DNA of 41,250 nucleotides from a virus (lineage: Duplodnaviria > Caudoviricetes), in the IMG/VR virus record IMGVR_UViG_3300020057_000067, positions 1 to 41,250 of that record; one strand, written 5' to 3'. Below, in pieces: positions 34,658-41,250 of this stretch. The translations under genes were made by a program, and so were the position numbers. How positions within the stretch are numbered: the first letter of the stretch is position 1; every line of letters starts with the position of its first letter. The notes beneath the pieces were generated by a model. It made no database searches. It was given only the letters and a program-made list of their open reading frames with translations, and was not told where the DNA came from.

Positions 34658-35388
34658 TCCTCACCCGCGCCACCCGCGATGGCATCCGGGGCGATGGCGT
34701 CGTCTCTAACGGCCATGTCGTGCAATGGGTCAGCCTCATCGGACGCTGGGCGGTGCCGCCCTTCCATCGCCACGTGCCAGAAGGTGCCCGGCTCATCGTC
34801 TACCTGGAGTCTGGCCTGGACGAGGCAGGCTACCGGGACCTGCTCGCGGGCAAGCATGACGCCGCGCTGGATCACCTGCGGTTGACCCTTCCGGCCGATG
34901 CCATCGTGCGCTTCGACCACGAGATGGACGCGCCGCCCAACGGCTGGCGCACGTGGGGCCAGATGCCACCGCACCTGTACGTCAGGGTGTTCTGGTACGT
35001 GTCGAAGAGACTCGGCTGCCGCCTGTTCTGGTGCCCCAGCGGGCATCACGTCGCGGAGATGGCGGCCTACTTCCCCGGGTCCGTGGTCTCGCACGTGGGC
35101 TTCACACGGTACGACCTCGGGCACCGCGGCCAGGACGGCCAGCGCATCGTGGCAGCCCGACAGTGGCGCGCACCACTGCGCGAGTTGCGCCGACTCGCAC
35201 CAGATGTCCCGATCCTCATCGGCGAGACAGGCACGCTCGAGGACGACACCGGCGGTCGCCTCCGGTGGCTGCGGTCGGTCAAGCGCGTCAGGGGCCTGTG
35301 GGGCGTCATCTATTTCGATCTCGACATGACTCTCGCCGAGGGCCGCGACTGGACGATGACCGGGGCCATGCGCCGGGAGTGGGCATGA
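34654..35388 (+). CDS. Glycoside hydrolase family 26-like protein
   Basis: IVRFDHEMD (acid/base-like), FWCP, YFPG, PILIGETG (nucleophile-like) and VIYFD. Confidence 0.7.
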   Translation: MILTRATRDGIRGDGVVSNGHVVQWVSLIGRWAVPPFHRHVPEGARLIVYLESGLDEAGYRDLLAGKHDAALDHLRLTLPADAIVRFDHEMDAPPNGWRTWGQMPPHLYVRVFWYVSKRLGCRLFWCPSGHHVAEMAAYFPGSVVSHVGFTRYDLGHRGQDGQRIVAARQWRAPLRELRRLAPDVPILIGETGTLEDDTGGRLRWLRSVKRVRGLWGVIYFDLDMTLAEGRDWTMTGAMRREWA

Positions 35389-35426
35389 TGGACGAAGTCA
35401 TGACTCCGGAACAGCTCGCCGCGCGG

Positions 35427-35867
35427 CTACTTCCTGGCGGGTCGCCCAGCCTTGCGTGGGATGGCCAGCCAGCGTTCGACATCCTCCCACCACCACACTG
35501 GCCCCGTCGCCAGCACCGTGACCGGCGCAGGGAACGTGTCGTGCCGGTGCCGCCATTGATGCACCGTTCCCGGTGTCGTGCCGGCACGCTGCGCGATCTC
35601 GGTCACCGATACCATCGAAGCCTTCACCTGGGCATCCATGCGGGCATCCATCACGATGCGCTCGTCGAGTGCCGCCCATGCTTCGGCACGGGTGCGCCAG
35701 CCATCACCACGCCGGTCGCTCGGACCCTCGGTGTCATCGGTGTACCAGCGGTCGATGCGATCGTCGCTCGTGCCGTGATAGGCGCCGCGCACCATGCGGT
35801 ATCGCTCGTGGGCTGCGTCGATGCGCGCCTGCTCGTCAGTGCTGATGGTCCATGTGTGGTCGGTCAT
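35427..35867 (-). CDS. Protein with C-terminal AlpA/excisionase-like HTH
   Basis: GGAG RBS; MVSVTEIAQRAGTTPGTVHQWRHRHDTFPAP...GPVW. Confidence 0.75.
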   Translation of the reverse strand: MTDHTWTISTDEQARIDAAHERYRMVRGAYHGTSDDRIDRWYTDDTEGPSDRRGDGWRTRAEAWAALDERIVMDARMDAQVKASMVSVTEIAQRAGTTPGTVHQWRHRHDTFPAPVTVLATGPVWWWEDVERWLAIPRKAGRPARK

Positions 35868-35894
35868 CGTCGTGTCTCCTGTCTCTCTCGGGAC

Positions 35895-36173
35895 CTAGTA
35901 GTCAACGGTGCAGTCGCCGTAGCAGTAAGAGTCGCAGCGGCGGCACTTGCCGGAGGGGCTGCTGGGCCGGCTGGCCTTGACTCGGTCGTACGAGTCGGCC
36001 AGGCCGCGTGCTTCGGCGTCGGTGATCGGAGCCACGACGGGCTCCGGGGCCGCAAAGACGAACTGTGGCGAGCAGATGGAGCACGAGAACCAATCCTCGT
36101 CGTGGTCGGTCTCGTGGGTCGCGAAGAGTGCATCGTAGTCGGGGGTCTTCGTGGTGGTCATGACGTCGGTCAT
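35895..36173 (-). CDS. Hypothetical Cys-containing protein
   Basis: AGGAG RBS; CSIC and CRRCDSYCYGDC. Confidence 0.65.
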   Translation of the reverse strand: MTDVMTTTKTPDYDALFATHETDHDEDWFSCSICSPQFVFAAPEPVVAPITDAEARGLADSYDRVKASRPSSPSGKCRRCDSYCYGDCTVDY

Positions 36174-36201
36174 TTCGGTGCTCCTGTCGGTGAGTGCTTA
36201 T

Positions 36202-36241
36202 CTGATATACACAAGATATCAGTTCAGCCGCCTATTGTCAA
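36202..36241 (-). promoter_or_regulatory. Leftward sigma70 promoter with overlapping operator-like inverted repeat
   Basis: Minus strand TTGACA-17 bp-TATCTT; CTGATAT-N7-ATATCAG at 36202-36222 covers the -10 and start site. Confidence 0.75.
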
Positions 36242-36262
36242 GCCCTATTTAGCGGTTGCCCG

Positions 36263-36523
36263 ATGAAGCTCATCGCCATCGTCCTCGCCATCGCCGCCGC
36301 CATCGCCGCCGCGCTGCTGCTCTGGCACCTCATCACCGGCACCGACAGCGAGCCGGTCTATGACACGTCCATCTCTCCCCATGCCCGCCGCCATGAGGCC
36401 AAGCGGCTGGCGCTCGTCAACCTGTCCGTCATCCCCACCGGCGGCACCGTCAGCAGCACAAGTCGCTACGGCCATTTCCACGCCCATGACATCGCGCAGC
36501 TGCGGGAGGATGGGCTGCTGTGA
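36263..36523 (+). CDS. Small membrane-anchored protein
   Basis: Hydrophobic N-terminus MKLIAIVLAIAAAIAAALLLW. Confidence 0.5.
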   Translation: MKLIAIVLAIAAAIAAALLLWHLITGTDSEPVYDTSISPHARRHEAKRLALVNLSVIPTGGTVSSTSRYGHFHAHDIAQLREDGLL

Positions 36524-36734
36524 GACTGTACGATGCCCTCGATGAGGAGACACGGGGAGGGCAGCTTCTGGGTCGAGCGCAGGGAGGGGCGCCCGATCCG
36601 CTATGTCGTCCAGTGGTCGCGGCCAGACGGGAGCCGGGTGAAGCGCCGCTACGCGACCGAGCCGGAACCCCGCACAAAGTGACCGACCGGCTCCTGCAAC
36701 GTATCGTCCCCGGTCCTTGCAAAGAGGAGGTCGA

Positions 36735-37211
36735 GTGAACGAACCCCGCAGTCTCTACGCCTTGCTCCAGTGGTATCGCGGCCTCATCAGTGACCGGATC
36801 CCCAGCAGTCTCCACTCCCGCGACCTCGACGACGGAGGCGGCCCGGCGTTCAGCGGCGCGTTCAAGTCGTACCTCTACGCCCCGCCCTATGGCGTCGATG
36901 ACGAAGGGCACGTCCTCGACCCGCTGAAGCATTGCCTCTGGAGGATGCGCAAGTCGGGCGGCAAGGACGCGAGACGGGCAGCGTTCCTCTACGCGCTGGC
37001 CAGGGCCGACTTCGACCCTTTCCTCGCCGTCAAGGCATCCCACGACACCAGCCGCTACATCAAGGACATGGCCGACGACTACGCCCGTGCCTCGCTGGCG
37101 ATCCTGTATCGGAACTTTCAACTCGACCCGGTGGTAGAGGATCGCGTGAAGCCAGCGGACAAGAGTGAGGCTCAAATCAACGCGGAGACAGCGGCTCCCG
37201 TCAGCACTTGA
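36735..37211 (+). CDS. Candidate late-transcription regulator
   Basis: GAGGAGG RBS with GTG start; last gene before the putative late promoter. Function is inferred from position only. Confidence 0.45.
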   Translation: MNEPRSLYALLQWYRGLISDRIPSSLHSRDLDDGGGPAFSGAFKSYLYAPPYGVDDEGHVLDPLKHCLWRMRKSGGKDARRAAFLYALARADFDPFLAVKASHDTSRYIKDMADDYARASLAILYRNFQLDPVVEDRVKPADKSEAQINAETAAPVST

Positions 37212-37218
37212 CAAGCCT

Positions 37219-37227
37219 TGCTATGAT
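37219..37227 (+). promoter_or_regulatory. Putative late promoter (extended -10)
   Basis: TGcTATGAT; a TTGACA lies only 8 bp upstream of the -10, which is non-canonical spacing. Confidence 0.45.
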
Positions 37228-37307
37228 GGTCCCAGCGAACATCATAAGCACCCCCGCCCTGGAATGAGCGGCTTGAGTAGCTTTGTTTCGCTGACCCCCA
37301 TCACTTC

Positions 37308-37334
37308 CCCGGCGGCTTCGACCGTCGGGCTTTT
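37308..37334 (+). terminator. Intrinsic terminator in the late leader
   Basis: CCCGGCGG-CTTCGA-CCGTCGGG followed by CTTTT. Confidence 0.6.
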
Positions 37335-37446
37335 CCCATGCGCGGACGCATCCGACCCCGACGAACCCATCAGCTCGCCCCCCGAGGGCTCCATGAGCGT
37401 ACGGGCGGGAGTCGGTGCGTCCCGCGCTATCTCGGAGATATCCCCA

Positions 37447-37755
37447 TTGGAAGCTGTCTTTGCTGCCGCCGCGGTCGCTGCCATCACGGCTCTCGGCTCT
37501 CTGGTCATCGCTACTCGGCTGGGCCTGACCAGTGTCCATCAAGACGCGACCGAAGGGAGGCGTGAGCTTGTGTCATCGCTCAAGGACCGTCTCACGCTGG
37601 TCGAACTGCAAAACTCCGAGCTACGGGCGCATGTCGCCAAGCTCGAAGCGGAGAACGCGCAACTGCGCTTGCGGCTGGATGTCGTGGAACGGCGCTATAT
37701 CGCCGATGTCCTGGACGGGTCACGTTCCGCGGATCCCAAAAGAGAAGTGAGTTAG
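37447..37755 (+). CDS. Membrane-anchored coiled-coil protein (lysis cassette)
   Basis: GGAG then TTG start; N-terminal transmembrane segment, then heptad LELQNSELRAHVAKLEAENAQL. Confidence 0.65.
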   Translation: MEAVFAAAAVAAITALGSLVIATRLGLTSVHQDATEGRRELVSSLKDRLTLVELQNSELRAHVAKLEAENAQLRLRLDVVERRYIADVLDGSRSADPKREVS

Positions 37756-38086
37756 AGATGAGCATTGAGACCGTCCTCTGGGTTGTCGCCGTGGTCACCG
37801 ATGAGCGCTAGGGCTGTACAAGTGACGAAAGTCTCTTCTGCTTTGCTAGTTGCGAGCAGCGGCCCTGTCCCAGTTCCGCTCCCGCCCGTTGACTGGTTCG
37901 TCCGGGGGCCGCGCGGCGGTCTCTACGTCGCCACTGGCGATCGGTCGCGCTTCGTGACCGAGATGGGCGAAGACTTCATGCACGACATGCGCTCGGTCGT
38001 GGACCGCAGTGCGGGCGTGCGGTACGTCCGCCCCGGTACGCGACTAGCCCTTCTTGCGGAGGTTCAAGACTGATGGACAAGCTCAG

Positions 38087-38530
38087 ATGAAGCTCGTCTT
38101 CGTCACCGCAGCCGTGCTCATGCTCATGGCGCAACCCACGATGGCCCATCACGTCCCTGTCCCCGAGTCGGTATCTGACGTGGACGCCTTCGCGGTCTAC
38201 CTCGCCGAGTACACGGCGCAGAAGGATGCCTTGCGCGAGTCGTTCCAGTTGTGGGACGCCACGTCAGGCTATGAGAAGTCCGGTGTCGGCGACGCGTTGC
38301 GAACGGGTCTGACTGCGACCCTGCTGCACCTCGACAGCCTCGACGTGCGCGAGTGCTTTGATCCGTTCGTCGAGCTCACGATGGCCGAGATGGGCGCCGT
38401 CGCGGACTACCTCGCCCACGGCGACAACCCACCATACGCCGCGGCGCTCGGCGCCTACTCCGGGGCGCTGTCCAACGCCATCAAGGGCGAGATCCCCGGC
38501 ACGCTCACCGATTGCACGGTGGCTGCCTGA
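38087..38530 (+). CDS. Secreted hypothetical protein
   Basis: Signal peptide MKLVFVTAAVLMLMAQPTMA. Confidence 0.6.
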   Translation: MKLVFVTAAVLMLMAQPTMAHHVPVPESVSDVDAFAVYLAEYTAQKDALRESFQLWDATSGYEKSGVGDALRTGLTATLLHLDSLDVRECFDPFVELTMAEMGAVADYLAHGDNPPYAAALGAYSGALSNAIKGEIPGTLTDCTVAA

Positions 38531-39348
38531 TGAGCTGTCGCCGCGTCCCGCTCGAGCGACAGTTGGATGGCAGCGCAAACCAGGCGTATGACTGCGCCCG
38601 CGCCACCGCCTCGATGCTCGTCCGCCACGGCTCCCACGGTCTCATCCGCCCATCCACCGAAGAGATCGGGCGCCGGATGAACAACCCGACCGGAGTCTCG
38701 AACGTCGCTGACGTGGAACGCGCGGTCGAGAGCTACGACGCCGAGATGAAGCGCAAGGGTTACGAGCCGCTGAAGTACATGCGCGCGGGGCGTTGGGCTG
38801 CTGGTCTTGCCCTCTCTGGTGGCTCGACCGACAACCTCCGGGCGCTGGTGCAGCAGGACGACAAGCTCATCCATGTGGTCGTCGATTACAGCCGTGTCCC
38901 CGACCGCTACCGTGCGTCGTCGTTCCAGGGCCTTCACGCGATCGCCGTGGGTGGCAAGGCCGGCTCACGAGTCAGCATGGGCCACCTGGAAGTCCGCGTC
39001 CTCGACCCGCTCGCCGATGGACGCTCACCGGGCACCCCGAACGGCCCGCAGTGGTGGTCCTTCGGCACGCTCTGGAAGGTCATCGACGGTGCGTGGTCAT
39101 CGCGGGGCAGCAGCGGCTGGCAGGGCGGCTGGGTGCATTGCGCGAAGGCGCTCGCCAGCCCAGACCCCGACCCCGTGCCAGAGCCAGACCCGTGCGCCGA
39201 ACGCATCGAAGAGCTGGAGGACCTGCTGGCCGATGTCGTGGACTGGGCCGATGGGGACGCCGTCGAGCGTATCCGCAAGGCATTACGCCCGAACGTGGCA
39301 AGAGAAGGCGTCGCAGGCGTCGCAGGTGTGATAACGGAGGACCAGTGA
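38530..39348 (+). CDS. Putative endolysin, papain-like (C39-like) cysteine peptidase
   Basis: Q...YDCARAT, GLHAIAV and VLDPL give a Q/C/H/D pattern; PDPDPVPEPDP linker; next to a holin-like gene. Confidence 0.65.
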   Translation: MSCRRVPLERQLDGSANQAYDCARATASMLVRHGSHGLIRPSTEEIGRRMNNPTGVSNVADVERAVESYDAEMKRKGYEPLKYMRAGRWAAGLALSGGSTDNLRALVQQDDKLIHVVVDYSRVPDRYRASSFQGLHAIAVGGKAGSRVSMGHLEVRVLDPLADGRSPGTPNGPQWWSFGTLWKVIDGAWSSRGSSGWQGGWVHCAKALASPDPDPVPEPDPCAERIEELEDLLADVVDWADGDAVERIRKALRPNVAREGVAGVAGVITEDQ

Positions 39349-39409
39349 ACACGGAACCGCTCGTAACCATCGGCGGCACGCTCATCGATTGCGCTGGAGA
39401 TGTGGCGGC

Positions 39410-39694
39410 ATGAACGGGTTTCTCAAGTACACGTCCGGCGCCGAGCCGGTCATCACCATCAACGTCCTCGCCGCTGTCGGCTTTGGCGTACTCGTGACGC
39501 TGCTGCAACGAGCGGGTATCACGCTCGACGAAACGGAGCTGACGCTACTGGGCTCTGCCTTCCTCGTCGGCGCTACCTGGCTCGCCCGTCGTGGCGTATT
39601 CAGTCCCGTGACCCACGAGTCCGAGATAGAGGACGCGCTACGGGCAGCGAGGCGGGAACAGACGCGCTACGGGCAGCCTCCTGGTGGAGCATGA
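39410..39694 (+). CDS. Putative holin
   Basis: AEPV..., two transmembrane segments, ARRGVFSP. Confidence 0.65.
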   Translation: MNGFLKYTSGAEPVITINVLAAVGFGVLVTLLQRAGITLDETELTLLGSAFLVGATWLARRGVFSPVTHESEIEDALRAARREQTRYGQPPGGA

Positions 39695-39934
39695 ATGACC
39701 GACGCTCTTGACGAGATGCGCGCGCTGTCCCCGCATCACGGCCCGCGTTGTGACCTGTGTCGCCTCATGTCAGAGATGACGCCGGAACACCAACAGTCGG
39801 TCAGGGACGGCATGGCCACAGATGGCATCACCGACCGCGCCGTAGCTGGCTGGATCACCAGCAAGGGCTACCAGTGGCGCATCAGCCATGGTGCGGCCTG
39901 CGTCCGCAACCATCGGCAGGCTGATCATGAGTGA
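39695..39934 (+). CDS. Small Zn-binding, HTH-like protein
   Basis: GPRCDLC...TDRAVAGWI...VRNHR. Confidence 0.6.
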   Translation: MTDALDEMRALSPHHGPRCDLCRLMSEMTPEHQQSVRDGMATDGITDRAVAGWITSKGYQWRISHGAACVRNHRQADHE

Positions 39935-40940
39935 CGCTCTCGATGAGATGCGCGCTCTGGTGAGTGAGGATGCGACCAAGTCCGCACTTCGTACCGCGCT
40001 GCGCCAGCTCGACGAAGCGCGCACCGACAAGGCCGACCTCGTAGCCGCCGTCTACGCTGCTGCCAAGGACGCCGCTGCAACGCTCACCATCCCGCCAGTC
40101 CCGAAGGTGCCGAAGGACAAGGGCAAGGACCCCGAGGTCGCCATCTGCCTCCTGGCCGATTGGCAGCTCGGCAAGACCACGCCGACCTATAGCAGCGACA
40201 TCGCAGCCGAGCGGCTCCGCGCCTACGCTGCCAAGGCCGTCAAGCTCATCGGGCTCCAGCGCGCCCATCACCCGGTCAGGGAAGCGCGCATCTACCTGCT
40301 CGGTGATTTGGTGGAAGGCGAAGAGATATTCCCCGGCCAGTCTCACCGTATCGACGCTAGCCTGTATGTGCAGTTGTTCCACGGTGCCGGCCTGCTGGCA
40401 GAGCTCGTACGCACCATCGCCTCTGCCGTCGAGACCGTCCGTGTCGTGGGTGTCATCGGCAACCACGGCGCCATCGGCGGCCCCATACGCCGCAGCTACC
40501 ACCCAGAGACCAACGTGGATGCGATGCTCTACAACATCGCGCGCGGCATGGTCAACGCTCAAGGCGTCGAGTGGGCCGAGAGCTTGACGAGCGGCGAACG
40601 CCACTGGTACGCCACCGATGATGTGCTGGGCAAGAAATGGTTCCTCTTCCACGGCGACCAGGTACGCAGCGCCAGCTTCGGTATCCCCTGGTATGGCTTC
40701 GCCAAGCGCCTGCTGGGATGGGCTACCAGCGTGGCGGCGTACGACTACGCAGCGTCCGGTCACTGGCATGTCCCCGTCAGGGAGCAGGTCAACGCCATCA
40801 CACACTGGGGCGCAGGCTCACCGGAGAGCGGCAACACCTTCGCGCAGGAGCATCTGGCTAGCGGTGGACAGGTGCCATCGCAGTGGCTCATCTTCCAGGG
40901 TGCGCACGGTCCGACCGCCGAGTACCTGATACGGCTCTGA
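39927..40940 (+). CDS. Calcineurin-like metallophosphoesterase
   Basis: ADWQLGK, LGDLVEG, GNHG, FHGD and GHWH motifs. Confidence 0.9.
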   Translation: MSDALDEMRALVSEDATKSALRTALRQLDEARTDKADLVAAVYAAAKDAAATLTIPPVPKVPKDKGKDPEVAICLLADWQLGKTTPTYSSDIAAERLRAYAAKAVKLIGLQRAHHPVREARIYLLGDLVEGEEIFPGQSHRIDASLYVQLFHGAGLLAELVRTIASAVETVRVVGVIGNHGAIGGPIRRSYHPETNVDAMLYNIARGMVNAQGVEWAESLTSGERHWYATDDVLGKKWFLFHGDQVRSASFGIPWYGFAKRLLGWATSVAAYDYAASGHWHVPVREQVNAITHWGAGSPESGNTFAQEHLASGGQVPSQWLIFQGAHGPTAEYLIRL

Positions 40941-41209
40941 ACGTCTGCAACGCCCCCGGCTGCGGCATCATCACCGAGCGGCCACGCTGCGCTGGACATC
41001 AGCGAGCGGCAGACGACCACCACAACACCGCACAAGGTCGAGAGAAGTACCACGGCCCGTGGCCCGCTACCTCCCGCGCCATCCGCGCCGCTCACCCCTG
41101 GTGCAGCGAGTGCGGTACCGCGAGTGACCTGACGGTGGACCACGGGACGGGGCGCGTGCTCTGCCGCCGCTGCCATCGTCGCTTGCGCGGCGTCGACGGC
41201 GTGACCTAA
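40937..41209 (+). CDS. Packaging-associated HNH-type protein (start uncertain)
   Basis: CNAPGC..RCAGH, W...SRAIRAAHPWCSECG..LTVDH...LCRRCH; last gene before TerS, as in HK97 gp74. Confidence 0.75.
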   Translation: MNVCNAPGCGIITERPRCAGHQRAADDHHNTAQGREKYHGPWPATSRAIRAAHPWCSECGTASDLTVDHGTGRVLCRRCHRRLRGVDGVT

Positions 41210-41250
41210 CCCGGGGGGGGGCACCCAAAACCTCTGCCACCCCCTCCCAC

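Noticed and set aside
37165-37446. N-terminal extension of the 37165-37755 ORF
   Set aside because: It overlaps a promoter, terminator and hairpin; the RBS and TTG at 37447 give a better start.

Overview
The window is a near-complete, high-GC, HK97-like siphovirus genome of about 41 kb. It opens inside the small terminase gene and ends just after a packaging-type HNH gene. A high-GC monoderm host such as Actinomycetota or Chloroflexota is inferred but not proven. Layout: packaging and head (1-7 kb), an expanded block of beta-rich and repeat virion proteins (5.7-11 kb), neck and tail (11-20.9 kb), an early/replication operon (21.1-35.4 kb), a small leftward cassette (35.4-36.2 kb), and a late regulator, lysis and HNH block (36.7-41.2 kb). 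No integrase was recognised. Main finding: a nuclease-less IS110/Nop-domain protein (21920-22870, TasA-like) and its upstream partner gene carry seven 36-nt dual-spacer units (GCCGA-N9-TGAGAGCGA-N9-TGGC, mostly closed by unit-specific stems). These look like TIGR-type guide RNAs written in-frame inside the protein-coding sequence. The promoter of this operon is overlapped by tandem NrdR-box-like palindromes, although the phage has no ribonucleotide reductase. A large DNA methyltransferase holds an intein and two HNH endonucleases in alternative reading frames.
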